Shown piece by piece: positions 26,398 to 39,874 of a stretch of 64,000 nt of DNA. Origin of the DNA: Paecilomyces variotii (taxonomy: Eukaryota). Position numbers and translations under genes: made by a program. The notes under the pieces are model-generated. The model made no database searches, was not told the DNA's origin, and saw nothing but the letters and a program-made list of their open reading frames with translations. Positions within the stretch are counted from its first letter, which is position 1; each line of letters begins with the position of its first letter. The DNA is taken from the NCBI GenBank assembly GCA_004022145.1, contig RCNU01000003.1. One strand, written 5' to 3'.

Positions 26398-27376
26398 ATG
26401 TTCATCCTCGTAGGTTCACCTCTTCCCTCTCAAGAGTTAGAAGAAGAAGCAACGCTTTCTGACCGTCCTTCGCAGACCACCATCTCCGATCTAGTCCAGA
26501 TCTCGCCCGAGGACTTTTCCAAGTTCAGTGCGGTGGCCATCGAAGATAACATCAACGAGAAATATGCAAACAAGGTATGTCACATTACTGGCTTGTATGA
26601 ATTTTTCTTCTATGATGCCTGTAAGAACTGATTGTCTGACCTATCTCTCATAGGTCATCCAAAAAGTCGGCCTATGTATTGGCTTCTACGATCTCCTAGA
26701 GTCATCGGACGGTCTGATCGGTCATGGAACCGGTCTTGTCAATGTTAATGGTACATTGCAGGAGTGGATTATATCCCGTATATTCTTATGCTAATGTTGC
26801 AACAGTTAAATTTCGAATGATTGTCTTTCGACCATTCAAGGGGGAAATCGTAATAGGAAAGATTACCAGTGGGACAGAGCATGGGATTAAGAGTACGTCC
26901 TCTCGAATCATCCTCCTATGTTCCTATATAGTCCCCCAAGGATGACATGCTGACCACTCCACAGTTGGCGTAGAATTCTTCAACGATATTCTCATCCCAC
27001 CCGACCTGCTTCTTCCAGGAGCTAGATTGTAAGACACCCTCCCCTTTGAGCCATTTCCGAAGCTTTACATCTAACATCAAATCAGCGACTACGCGGACCA
27101 AGTCTGGATCTGGGAAAACGAAGAAGGCTCAACTTTCTACTTCGACATCGGTGAAATCGTCCGATTCCGAGTTGAAGTCGAGGAATGGCATGATCAGATC
27201 CCGAACGCCCCGGATCTGGGTGACGGAACGCCAGTTTCGGAGAGGAAGCCACCATATTCGATCATTGTATGTGTTGCGTGTTTTCTTTATATGATATCTA
27301 ATGGTGAACCGTGCTGATTTGGTTCGATTAGGGATCCATGCAAATGGCTGGTCTGGGTCCGATTTCCTGGTGGTGA
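26398..27376 (+). CDS. RPC25: RNA polymerase III subunit C25 (RPC8), 7 exons
   Basis: Spliced MFILTTISDLVQISP..INEKYANKVIQKVGLCI..FRMIVFRPFKGE..FFNDILIP..FYFDIGEIVRFRV..PPYSIIGSMQMAGLGPISWW*. Confidence 0.95.
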
Positions 27377-28081
27377 TGGAGACGAGTGCATATATTTTCT
27401 TTGCACGATTTGGATTCACAGAAATACGAGGCTGCGAAGTACCTCGCCAATTCTTATAGCTTGGTACTGTACATTTACAGTGCCATGTAGCATTTCACAG
27501 CTAGAGTCCGTCTATCGGACTCCAATACTAACGATTACATCCATGCTGGCCAAGCCAGCGCGAAACTGCGACCAACGCAGGCCGTGGAGATATTGTCTTG
27601 ATACAGTTCGGAGAATATTGTCGCATATCACTCTTTGTGGGGATTGGACCATGCCGTGACTGATTCGGCCTTGAAGTTTTTGATTGCGAAATCTGCGTAC
27701 CCAAGTATCTGCGAAGTGTCGCAAATGATATTAGATGGTTATGAATAGACGGAATATCAATAATAATACCTCCGCCCAGCACCGTATCCGGTTGTATTTC
27801 TCCTTGAACCAGAACACTGGTGCCGTCCCGACCAGGCACAGAGTCACAGACGGCCTTTGAGCGGTTATCCGCGGAGCTTGTCCCACTCTCGTCGATCCAG
27901 GCGGTCTGACATTAGATAAAAAAATATCGGTGGATCCATCTGACCATGGAGTCATCGACCGAACCAAATCCTCCTATAGAGACGGCGCCGAGGAAGAATT
28001 CCACAATAACACTGGAGAATGATGTGCTTTTCGCCTCTGATATAACACTGAAAACATAGCTGAAAGCAGAGAGAAATGCAA

Positions 28082-28091
28082 ATTACGTAAT
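28082..28091. promoter_or_regulatory. Perfect bZIP-type palindrome ATTACGTAAT upstream of cystathionine gamma-lyase
   Basis: Exact 10-bp palindrome about 360 bp before the ATG; contains TTACGTAA (Yap/PAR-type core) and resembles the Neurospora CYS-3 ATGRYRYCAT consensus. Confidence 0.4.
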
Positions 28092-28451
28092 CTCTCCAGC
28101 TGATGGTTCTGGGATTTTGTAGCATTTGTTATACATCTAGTAAGCAAGTAAGCTTGGTTGAGCCTCGGTGTGTCAGGAAGGGACCAAACGGTAACTTATT
28201 AAACAGATCCAAGTTTAGAGGCATTCCGGCGATTGATAATACGAACCCTCAAACCCCTGCCGCGGGCGGTAACTATATGTTCTTGGGTGCTCGAGTCCCC
28301 GTTGTGTGACTTTTTTTCTTCTTCGTTCGTACTGTTCTTTATTCCCTCTTTCTTCCGATTCTCTATAGAAGAGAGGTTGTTGTCGTGACGTTGCTGGATC
28401 TCGAGGTTGTCGTACTCAGCTACTTATCGCTCCCCAGCACGGTCGTACAAG

Positions 28452-29903
28452 ATGAGCCCCTCCAACCTGTCGAATGGCAACGCTGCTATCGATACCCCGC
28501 CACGACCTCCTACGCCAGAACACAAGTTTGGTACTCTGGCCGTTCATTCGGGTGCTCATCATGATCCAACGACGGGAGCAGTGATCGCACCTGTGAGTGG
28601 TTTCCTGTCAAGGGAGGGGTTCGTTACGTGCGACAGAATGCGAAGCTTACCTCTATTCGCAGATTTCTCTATCCACGACCTTTGCGCAGTCGGGGGTGGG
28701 CAAACCTGTTGGTGCTTATGAATATACGAGGAGTGCGAATCCCAATCGGTGAGTGTAGCCAATTTCGGAACGAACGTGGTGCAGGGATTCTGACAACGTT
28801 GCGCTTCCTAGGGATAACTTCGAACAGGCGGTAGCAGCCCTCGAGCACGCGAAATACGCATTGGCTTTCTCTTCTGGTTCTGCCACGACTGCGACTATCC
28901 TCCAATCCCTTGCCGCTGGATCTCATGTTGTCTCCGTGTCGGATGTGTATGGTGGGACGCATAGATACTTCACGAAAGTAGCTGCGGCGCACGGGGTCCA
29001 TGTCACTTTTTCGCCATGCATCGAGGTCGATGTCGAGGGTTTGATCCGTCCAAATGATACAAAGTTGGTGTGGATCGAGACACCTTCGAATCCGACGCTA
29101 GGACTGGTCGATATCAGAAAAGTGGCGTCTATTGCTCACCAACATGGCATCTTGGTGGTCGTCGATAATACTTTCATGAGTCCCTATATCCAGAACCCGC
29201 TGGATCACGGTGCAGACATTGTTGTTCACTCGGTGACTAAGTACATTAATGGCCACTCTGTACGCTTTTCCCTCTCCAAGATGAAACCGTTTCGAGAAGG
29301 TCCGCTAACGGGAGTTAGGACGTCTTGATGGGAGTCGCTGCTTTCAACTCCGACGCGCTCAAGGAACGCCTCAGTTTTCTTCAAAACGCCATCGGAGCCG
29401 TCCCCTCGCCATTCGACTGCTGGCTCGCTCATCGTGGTCTGAAGACGCTGCATCTGCGCGCGCGAGAGGCCACTAAAAACGCAACGACCGTAGCTGAGGC
29501 TCTGGAAGCCTCTCCTCTTGTGCAGTCTGTCAACTACCCCGGGCTTAACTCGCACCCTCAGCGTGCGGTCGCTCTTAAGCAGCACCGTGACGGCATGGGT
29601 GGTGGAATGCTCAGCTTCCGTATCAAGGGCGGCCACGAAGCTGCTGAGCGTTTCTGTCAAAATACACGCATCTTCACTCTCGCGGAAAGCTTGGGAGGTA
29701 TTGAAAGTCTGGTCGAGGTGCCCTCGAGTATGACGCATGCAGGTATCCCGAAAGAACAGCGCGAGGCTGCGGGTGTGTTTGATGATCTTGTCCGCATGAG
29801 CTGCGGTATCGAGGATGCAGATGACCTCAAGGCGGATGTCCTTCGAGCCCTCGAGAAGTCGGCTATTGTCCCGAAATCCGATGCTGCAAACGGACAGTCG
29901 TAA
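28452..29903 (+). CDS. CYS3: Cystathionine gamma-lyase (3 introns)
   Basis: FGTLAVHSG, ISLSTTF, YEYTRSANPNR, AFSSGSA, DVYGGTHRYF, WIETPSNP, VDNTF, PLP-lysine HSVTKYINGHSDV, LAESLGGIESL. Confidence 0.95.
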
Positions 29904-30941
29904 TGCCTGTTCAGGCGTTCAACTTTACTTACTCAAGGCGTTTTTATGTGGAAGTTCACGACTCTTAACTAGATTTCTCAAATGATACACCCTTAAAAGC
30001 CAGTGGAGAAGGACTGCGCTAGAAGGGAATTAAGCATGGATTCATGTCGATTTTCTCTCGGCTTTGTGGACTTGATGTGGACGTGTTCACTTATGAATCT
30101 CGTAAATACCAAATACCAGCGCCCGAATACTGAAGAGTTCAAAGGTGTTCTAGAGAGAGAGCAGTCGTAAAAATCTCTTGTTGATGGATTTTTTATACAT
30201 AGAACCTAGAGTACTGCTACTAGACCCTGCATGATTCTCAACGACAACTGCAATGGGATCTCCAATGCTGCTAGAAATAATTAAAAAGAATAAAACAGCC
30301 TTAGACAAGAACTAGAAATCTATTGATAGCTCCGCGCCCCGCGATAGTTACAGTATACATCTGTAGTTCAAGTTCAAGATTGCGGATATCTGCTTAGTCA
30401 TCGATATTTTCTCGAACAAGCAGATTTTTGACTTTCTGTATATGGCAGATCATCTGTCGCGGGAGATATACTCCATGCTGCAGTTACAATAATTATCCTT
30501 TATAAAGAAATACAGGTTCAGCGGGTGAAATTAGAACAAAAGAGTCTGCTCAGAGAACTTGTCCCCGCTAGGTATTCATTCATTGGTATGGACAGACAAC
30601 ACTCGACCCCTCCTTCACAATAGTGGCATATCGATCCCGATCTTGAAAGGCGGATACTAATGCGTCTTAGGTCAATCCTGATCTACTTGACGAAGTAGTG
30701 AGATTTTTCAGGAATTGTGCTGTATAGAAATCTGAACCTAGTGTTATCTCGTTGGTTGCATTTATTTTTGCCGCTTTGGGCTTTTGTATGTTCTGGTAAG
30801 TACCTAGTCTCATACCCGACGTTATAGCAGATTGAGCTCTTGGTACCTACCTATTTGATGTCTTTCCTGTTTCATGGACTATGGACTAATATTGGCATAG
30901 ACTATATTACGTTCTTTCATAGCTGCGGAGTCCAGGTGAAA

Positions 30942-32366
30942 ATGGCATCCGGCTTCACATTCGGGTTCTCAGGAGACGATGTCGATATCGACGAATCAGA
31001 CCCTCAATTTGATGGGGGCGATGTTCAGAACCAGAACCAAACTTCTCGGAATGGAGAGGAGAGTCAACCTTTAGTTGAGGCGAAGAGATGGGATGGTGAG
31101 GAGTGGGTATGCTTTCCTATCTAATTCTTAGTTGAGACTTTAATTCATTTCTGGCACCTATTGGCGAAATAGAAAATTTTAAATACTGACTTTAATGATA
31201 ACAGCTATCAACGCTTCCGTCTCAAATATCTTACAACAAGGTCTCAATTCCTTCTTCCACCAATGGCGGCAAGGATGTTGCCCTTGGCCGTCGAGAAGTC
31301 TTTGATATTCGTACCCAGCTGATGGCCGAGGACGATAACGATAACGATGAACTCATCTCTGGGCTCGAGGAAGGTGATATCAAACCGAATTTCTACGAGG
31401 GCGGTTTTAAAACCTGGGAATGTGCATTGGATCTGGCGAGGATGATGGCTTCTGAGGAGGGAAAGGAACTACTCCTAGATAATGGTTCTGATGGGACCGA
31501 TGTGCATATTATCGAGGTGTGTTCATTCATTCATTCATTCTAACTCCTGATTTTTTATGTTTTGCTGCTGTTTTTGCTTCTGTTTCCGTATTCGTGTTTT
31601 CTGTGCTGTTTGGCTCGTTTACTCGCGAGGGATGATATAGTATGGTATGGTATACTTACGAATCTAACAGCTCGGTGCCGGAAGTGCGATGCCTTCCCTC
31701 TCCATCTTCGCACAACTACTATCTCTCCCGAAGTCTCAATCGTCGAGAAGAGTCCATTTCACCTTTGCGGATTATAACTCAGCCGTGCTGCGTCTTGTCA
31801 CGGTGCCGAACCTTCTTCTCACATGGAAGCTGAATTCTCATAAAGAAGCCACGACATCCACAGGACCAACTGCTGAGCAACAAGCAGAGGAGAAAAAGGA
31901 AGAAGAAGAAGAAGAATTGGACATCGATCCGTCTCTACTCGACGCATTCCGCACAGACCTCAAAGACAGAGGCATAACCATCGACTTCATCTCCGGAGCC
32001 TGGTCTCCTGAATTCGTAGAACTCGCCTTGACGGCGCAACGAGATCATGAAGGAAGACCATGGCGGACACTGATCCTCGCTAGCGAAACGATCTATTCTC
32101 CGTCATCTCTCGGTGCGTTCTCGGAGACATTGCTGTCATTACTGCGTAGATGCGATGCTGGTGGACCAACAACCGGCTCGCGACAAACCAGGGGGCTGGT
32201 GGCGGCGAAAAAGGTCTACTTCGGCGTGGGTGGAGGGGTCGATGAGTTTCTGGCCGTGCTTAATGAGATGGCTGGTGAGGCGGTGGAGGTGCAGCAAAGA
32301 GTGGAGGTGAAAACTGAGGGGGTTGGGAGGGTTGTGCTACAGGTCAAAATGGCTAGTTCAAGTTGA
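30942..32366 (+). CDS. HPM1: Protein-histidine methyltransferase HPM1/METTL18-like (introns 31107-31204, 31517-31670)
   Basis: DIKPNFYEGGFKTWECALDL, motif I IIELGAGSAMPSL, FADYN, FISGAWS, LILASETIYS, AAKKVYFGVGGGV. Confidence 0.85.
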
Positions 32367-32829
32367 AACTTGAAAGGAGGCCTGGACCCGGTGGCAGGAA
32401 AAAGGAAAAGCAAGAATAAGAGACACGCATGAGGCGGTCAGTAATTATAGAAATTGATGGGCTTCCGTTTCTTAGATTTACATCTGTTTCAATGATCCTC
32501 CGTCCCTTAGTAGTAGATTCTCCCTAAAAATAGGTGTGTTCGATAGATACGGAGGAGAATTCTCCACTAACTAAAAAATACGATTTGTCGACTAAAATCG
32601 AATCTAGCAAGCATATTGTTTCGATTATTCTCGATCCGGGGAAAACCCCCCAGATAGGGCAATGGCACTCGTGTGCATCCTATCGAACAGCGGATGGGAA
32701 GTAAAAGTAATGAAGCAATGAAATTCTTAGGAAGCCGTGTCCTGATATATGTACAATACAACGCGCACAACCCAGTTGTTTTCTCAATGACGGAACGAAT
32801 TCGTATATGTAGGTTTTGTTCTAGCCTAC

Positions 32830-33571
32830 TCATAGAGAGATACCACCTTTCCGTCCTTCATGCGCGCGACACGCGCCTCCTCCATCGCCTGGTTCTTCTT
32901 GTGGTAGTGCGCGGCAACGGCGCTCAGGTCGGCGGTGGTGCCAGCAGCGACGTTGTAAGGGGAGCCGGCGTTGAAGATACTGTTGATCAACTGCAGTTAG
33001 CATCACTCGATCCAAGACAATTCCAAAATAGGCTGCACGATATGGTGCCTGCATAGAGCTGGGTGACGATGAATAATATATGGGGACATCGACATACTCA
33101 GGGTCCTTCAGCTCAATCGTACTGGGCTGTGCGGCGCTCATGAACAAGTGACGGTCCTCAGCGGCCTTGTCCATAGCTGCTGAGCGAATGGCATTTCTTC
33201 TCTCCCAGAGCTCCTCTGGGGGAGTCCATTTCTGAATGAGGCCGGTGATCCAAGACTCCGAGCCGGATTCCTGCTTGGCCTTGCTGACTCGGTAGAGGAG
33301 GTACCCCGAGGCGAGAGTGGCGATAGAGATGTAGAAACCAGGCTAGAGAAGGAGTAAATGTCAGTACTGAGGTCGAACCACACGGCACAGGTACACTGGT
33401 TTCCCAATTGGTCTGGGAAACGTCAAAGGAGGGGTGGCATACACCAAAGGCTTCGTTCACAGGCCCGGCATGATGGTGGTCGTGATGCGCCGCATGAGAG
33501 TCAAAACGGCGAGGCTGCTGGCGTCGCAGCGCCTGCCGGGCTGGAGCCACTGATCGCCTGGCAAGAAACAT
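32830..33571 (-). CDS. Mitochondrial NADH:ubiquinone oxidoreductase 17.8 kDa accessory subunit (2 introns)
   Basis: Arg-rich presequence, His-rich HAAHHDHHHAGPVNE, single TM, WERRNA..AAEDRHLF..PE/..FNAGSPYNVAAG..HY, matching the fungal 17.8 kDa family from memory. Confidence 0.82.
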
Positions 33572-35179
33572 GGTGAAGATGGGCAATTGGCGGCGCAAAC
33601 AGCTCGAGATACTCTCGTCCAGCGTCACTCTGGAGGTTGTTCCGGAAGCGAGGCGGTCGAGAAACCATATCACGTGACATCCACATCGGGACTAGGGCGG
33701 TCAGCAGACAACGGAGAGCCTCACATTGGATGATTGGGGAGTTGGACGCTGTCACTGACTTAGCTGCTCGTTAGTTGACTTAATCATTAATTGATCAATT
33801 ATCCCACAGCTCCTGCGCTATCCTCCTGTCAGTTTAGCTGCGTGATGCTTGCTCTAGTACTCCCGCTCTGCCCGTTTGATCCCCTTCCATCAGATCAACT
33901 AAGTTAAACAGTGTTTCTTACAGCCAGGCATCTCGTGCTGCTCCGACAGCATCACTGACTTACATTATGGGTGGAAACAAGCGGCCTCCCTTTTCGCCCC
34001 CGGCCTCCTGCATGAACTATTTCGCCCTGCCACCGAGCAGAAATAATGGCGGGTCGATGTGGTTGTTTCATTGCCAATCTCGATGACTGCGCGCTTTGCG
34101 GTTCTTGGCCACTGCGCATGGGGACTGCCAGCTGCTCTACGCTTATTTGCCCGCCTGGGCCAAACTAATTCCCCATCATCGCGTTGTCAGTTGGGTTCCT
34201 CAGACAACCAGTTCAGGCGGTCATTAAATGTTTGGACAGCGAAGAGACATGTCATCGTCCGTCTTGCTCTGTGACTCCTACTTGTGTCCACACCCCACAC
34301 GCTCTCTTGACCCCATTGCTGACCTGCGCAGGATGGACTCCATGAAAGACCCTCCCCGGAACCGGACCAGCTTCCGTTGATGCCCAATACGGCGCCTCGG
34401 AGAGTGTTGGTCTTGCATTGGTTATGCGCCTGGGCTCTTTTGTTACCATCGTCTCTTTCGCCTCGGGCTCCATCACAATGGTGGTCTTTTTTTTTCTTTT
34501 CCACTCTCCCAGCCTCCTCCGATCACTGGGTGACGTGGGAAACATGTACATACGTTCAAGTGTAGGTTCGGTCCGCTGCGTATCCACATCGTCCACTCTG
34601 GCGGAGAGCGGTGGGCAAGGCTTCTGGAATCTCGAATCGTGGCTGGCTTCCGGAAATAGATTATTACCTGGTGTTCCCCTCCTGCTTTTGTACCCCTTTT
34701 CTGTCTGGATATAATAATTCTCAGATCTAGTCAAAATTACACCAGTTGACGTCTCGCGTTTCCTGAATCGTCCCTCTGCTTTCTTAGAGCGTGTGGCTGC
34801 TGCCAACTCTTGTCCCCGTGTGTCTCGACGATTCGCAGCCCTCCCCCAAGTTATTGGAGTTCAGGAGGAACCCTCTTTTTTGCTCATTCGCACCTTCCTT
34901 CTCTTTCGTGGATCATCCCACCGCTCTCAGATGTTCTCGAACCCCTCAGTCTTCGTACTCTGAGCCGGTTGGCGCCCTATATTCCTCCCTTGTCATCGCT
35001 GGGCATTCTTGCAAATGTACACTGCTCTCACGGCTGATACCCAAATTCTCTGACTATTCCTTACCCCCCCTTACCCCTGAAACGTGAACGCTTGCTTCTT
35101 CGTTCTATTGGAAACACGTCTATAAATATCAGGTGATCCTATCAGCGTCTCTGGGTCTGCCCCCCAACCACTTTTCGCC

Positions 35180-38100
35180 ATGGGGCCCAAAAAGAACAAG
35201 AAGGGCAATAATAAAAACGCGAAGAAGGCGAAGGAAGCCGCTGCCAAACCCGCAGAGGCTCAAGAAACCCCTCCGCCTACCCCGGGCTCGCCCCCTCCGC
35301 AACCAAAGCAAGAAGAACCCGTCGTTGAGGAGGTCCCTTCTATCTCTGAGCAAGAGCCTCTGGCGCCTCAGGTAGCAGAAGTGACCTTGGATCAAGAGAC
35401 ACCAGACACACCCAAGCTGGATCTGGAGCATCAACCCCATGCGGAGAACGAGGTGGGTGTGACTGAACCACCCAACGATATAACCTCGCCTCCTCAGGAA
35501 GACGTGGCAGAGCCAGCACCGCAGGAGCCCGAAACCACAGATGTCCCTGCTGAGGAATTACCTCAAGAAACCGAACCGGTGATAATCAAGAACGAAGACA
35601 CCAACGAGAAGCCGATTGAGGCTAGTGAGCAACCGATTGAGGCCAGCGAGCAGCCTGTTGAGGCCAGCGAGCAGCCTGTTGAGGCCAGCGAGCCACCGAT
35701 TGAGGCCAGCGAGCAGCCTGTTGAGGCCAGCGAGCCACCGATTGAGGCCAGCGAGCAGCCTGTTGAGGCCAGCGAGCCACCGATTGAGGTCAGCGAGCAG
35801 CCTATTGAGGTCAGCGAGCAGCCTATTGAGGTCAGCGAGCAACCGGTTGAGGTCAGCGAGCAGCCTGTTGAGGCCAGCGAGCAGCCTACTGAGGCCAACA
35901 TCAGTCCAGAGGAACCTGCTTTCAACCCAGAAGAAACTGTCGAGAAGTTGAAAGAACTGCTTGGCCACCGACAGGAAGCTGGTGACAAACTAGAGGACAC
36001 TCCTGTGCCTCAGGAGAGCGGTGACAAACCGGAAGAAGCTTCTGTGAGCCGGGAAGAGATCGTTGATAAGCCAGAAGAGTCTCCTGTCAGTCAGGGAGAA
36101 ACTGGTAATCAGCCAGGAACAGTCATCAGTCCAGAGGAACCTGGTGATAAGCAAGCCGAAAGTAACGACATCCCTAACGAAACAAACGAGATTAACGAGA
36201 TCAACGACCAACCCAACGGTATCCACGACCAGATTGACGAGAAGAACGAGAAGTACGACGACAGTGACGATAAATTCTATGACGCAGACGCAACACCAAA
36301 CGAAAACCCCACACTAGACGACAGCAACCACAAGCTCGAGGAGTCTATCTACGGAACGGACGACTCGACTCAAAAAGCCATAGACGACACGCCGAGAGCA
36401 TCTGTGTTTGAAGAACCAACATACGGAGCTGCTGAGAGATCAGGTGCTAGCACCTCTAGACCGACGAACGGCACCAACGGCGCCAACGGCATCAACGGCA
36501 CCAACGGCAACGGTCACCACGCTTATCTCTTCAAGGACACAACCAAGGCACCAACCGTTGCTTCTCCTATACCTCGTCGCTCACCACCAAGCGGTTCTGT
36601 CCGTGCCGCGTCGCCTTCATTCACAGAGACGCGACTGGGATCAAGCCCTCCACCAGAGCATCGCCCCGTATATCCCGCTTCACCGGCCTACTCATATTCG
36701 AACCCGGTGCCAAAGGTCGGAAGCCCCCTTGTGCGTCCTTATATGCCCTATATGATGGGCCATAACGACCACGGTACAGGATCTACTGTTGTTGCAAGCG
36801 TACCGCCGTCGACTGCCCCCAGTTTCACCACAGCTCTCCATTCCCCCATTATGAGTGCTGCCGCTCTTCCTTCTTACGGGGGCGCTGTTCCCCCTTATGG
36901 GGGTTACCAGCATCATCGCTCCGGAAGCATAGCGTCTGGACGCGGCCCACTTGATACGTTCTTCAATTCACCTTATCAGCCGGTGCGCGAGCCGTCCTTG
37001 AAGAATGGACACGCGTCAGAGGCCGGAACATTCGCTGCCGAGTTCGGTGATACTTTCCATCTCCTAAATCGGATACAAAGTGCAATCCCTGACCTCGACC
37101 GATTGCTGAATGCCCATAGGGAGACTCAAACGAAGCTGAATGCGAGAGAAGCTGAAATCAAGCAGCTAGAAGATCGTCATCAGGAAGATCTGATGCATAA
37201 GGACTTCTATGTTCAAGCCCTCAAGGACCAGATGAAGAAGGCTGCCTCAGACAGTGCCGAAGAATGTGGAAGACTGAACCATTCGATCAAGGAACTCAAG
37301 TCTGAGATCGGCTATCTCCGTGACAAGAAACAGACCCTTGAGGAGAACTTGGAGGCCACCCAGAAGGAAAATGATGAACTCTCTCAGACGAAAACGGAAC
37401 TGCAAGCTGAGATTGAGCAACTGAATACCAACATGAGGCAGGCACAGGAACACTATGAGGTCGAACTCCAGACCCAGAGAGAAAATGAACAAGCTTCCCT
37501 TGCAACTCAGAAGCAGGAGCTCACGGATGCTTTCACGCAGATGAGAGCCGAGGATGAGAGGGCTGCAGCTGAGGCATTGGAGAACCGCGAGAAGGAACTC
37601 CTTTTCCAGCAGCAGAAGATGAAGGAACAGATGGAGGCGGCCCGCGCTAAGGTGGAAAAGGAACACGAGGTCGCTATGAACGAAAAGCAAGCTGAACTTG
37701 ACTCAGTTGCAGCGGACCTTAAGTCAACTCAAGACGACCTGGCAGCAACGAAGGCGGAGTTGGAGTCGAAGATCGCAGAGTTAGAGGCTACCCACACTGA
37801 GCTCGAGTCCACAAAGACCGAGCTTCATGAGACGAAGACGGAGCTTGATACTACTAGGACTGAACTTGACTCTACTAAGACTGAGCTTGGTGAGACGAAG
37901 GCCCAACTTGAGGCTACGCAGACTGAGCTCGACTCTACTAAGACCGAACTGGATACAACTAAAACAGAGCTCGAGTCGACAAAGAATGAACTTGAGTCAA
38001 CAAAGAGTGACCTTGAGTCTACCAAGAGTGAACTTGAGACCACCAAGACTGAACTTGAAACCAAGATCTCAGAGCTGGAAGCCACCACTGGAGAATTGGA

Positions 38101-39874
38101 GGCAACTAAGGCTGAACTCGACTCTACTAAGACTGAACTTAGTGAGACAAAGGCCGAACTTGATACTACAAAGACTGAGCTCGACTCCACTAAGACTGAG
38201 CTGGATTCGACTAAAACTGAACTTGACTCCACGAAGAATGAGCTTGAATCAACAAAGAATGACCTTGAGTCTACCAAGAGTGAACTTGAGACCACAAAGA
38301 CCGAGCTCGATTCCACTAGGACTGAGCTGGATTCAACTAAAACTGAACTTGAATCCACGGAGAATGAGCTTGAATCAACAAAGAGTGACCTCGAGTCTAC
38401 TAAGACTGAACTTGCGACCAAAATCTCAGAGTTGGAAGCCACCACTGGAGAACTGGAGTCAACTAAGGCTGAACTTGAATCTACCAAATCGCAATTGGAA
38501 TCCACAACCGCAGATTTGGAATCAACTAAGGCTGACCTCGAATCCACCAAGTCGACGTTGGAGACCACCATTGCGGAGCTCGAGACCAAGAAGACCGAGT
38601 TGGCGGACAAGGAGAAACAGCTCCAGAGCGCTATCGAGGAGATGCGCTCTACCGTTGATAATATGGACAAGGAACGCGAGCGTCTGAAGAAGACTCTCCA
38701 CAGCCTTGGCGAAGCCACCGACTTGAAGAGCACAAAAGGAGACACATTCTTGTAAGTGACCTGGAACAAAAAGAAAAGATAGCATACACCGGCGCAGCGG
38801 CCTAGAGACCTTTCCTTTGTTGGATTTCATTTTTTGGATCTTTCTCCGTCATGTAACGGATATGCATTCCTTTTTCTTGTTACGAATTTCCTATAGTATG
38901 ACGATGATTTTATGTCGATAAGCTATTTAAGTATCATGCTCTAATTAAGTTCTCTTTCAAATTTTAGTTTGGAATGCTTCGGCAAGCTACAACATCTTAT
39001 CATCGACCTCTCTAAGAAACACTTCGGATACCTTCCTATTGATCCGCCCAAAGACATACTGGCGAAGATCCCATCGGAATTGCCCTCATTCCTGGACAAT
39101 ACTCCTGCCTCATGCGAGCTGCGCTCGGCCTACATCCAACACGTCATCTCGAAGACGCTCACCTATCGTATCTTCCAGCCTTTCTTGTTCACTCTCGGAA
39201 GAAGGTTCGACAAGGCAGACACATTTTTCCAGTTGCTCTCTATCGATATCCGACGCAAGTCGGTGAGACGTGAGGCTTTCTGGCGACAGCAGACACTCAA
39301 AGCAGCCTATACAACGTCAGATGCCAAACAGTCAATCAATGTCGTGGCGGCAGTGATTGTCGATGAAATCATTGAGCAGATCCGACACTTCGCTGACCCT
39401 AAGAAACTGGACGACTTGCTCACTGGCGTCAGGATGATTGTGAAACTAGCTGCTGAGACCTGGAGACATGCGCGCGTCGAACGAGAGCTAGTGACGGCTT
39501 CCATGCCGGCTCCTTCTGCGGAGGGCGTCGCCAATGAACACTGGGATGAATATCCTTTTGGCAGGGACGAGAGCCGACCTCCGAGCAGGAGTTCTATCCG
39601 TCATGTTGTACTTAGAACTTTCCCTCGTATCTTCCGTGAGGCCGCGCATGAGGACTTTGCGGAAGATGAGGAAAGGAGAAACTCCTGCGTGTATATGCCC
39701 GGAATGGTTCTCTACTCTGACTCTCCTGTCGTGCTGTCCCGAATTGACGAGCTGGCCAAGCGGTCGAGCGATTCGCTTGATGGTGTCAACCGTTCCCCCC
39801 GTGGCGTTTCAAGACGTTCTACTAGTCGGTCTCCAGCGAAACGAGTTCGAGCTTCGGTGTCACCTCCGGCTTGA
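35180..39874 (+). CDS. Large (~1490 aa) coiled-coil protein with two 7-aa repeat arrays and a globular C-terminal domain (intron ~38752-38967)
   Basis: 1191-aa ORF splices into the 301-aa ORF (KGDTF/..ECFGKLQHLIIDLS..YLPIDPP..REAFWRQQTLKAAY..KLAAETWRHARVERE). Confidence 0.88.
35610..35895 (+). repeat. Coding minisatellite, 21-bp unit (EASEQPV/EASEPPI/EVSEQPI), about 13 copies
   Basis: gaggccagcgagcagcctgtt and close variants in tandem. Confidence 0.95.
37690..38610 (+). repeat. Coding heptad repeat, 21-bp unit (ELDSTKT/ELESTKS), about 40 copies
   Basis: Leu every 7th residue; gaacttga-tctactaagact-type units with synonymous variation. Confidence 0.95.

Noticed and set aside
35610..35895. 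CRISPR-like appearance of regular repeats
   Set aside because: Contiguous coding tandem units without unique spacers; eukaryotic locus with no cas genes.
35558..38769. Antisense and alternative-frame repeat ORFs (LNRLLAG; VESSSVL, 314 aa)
   Set aside because: Stop-free only because the sense 21-bp repeats lack stops in those frames.
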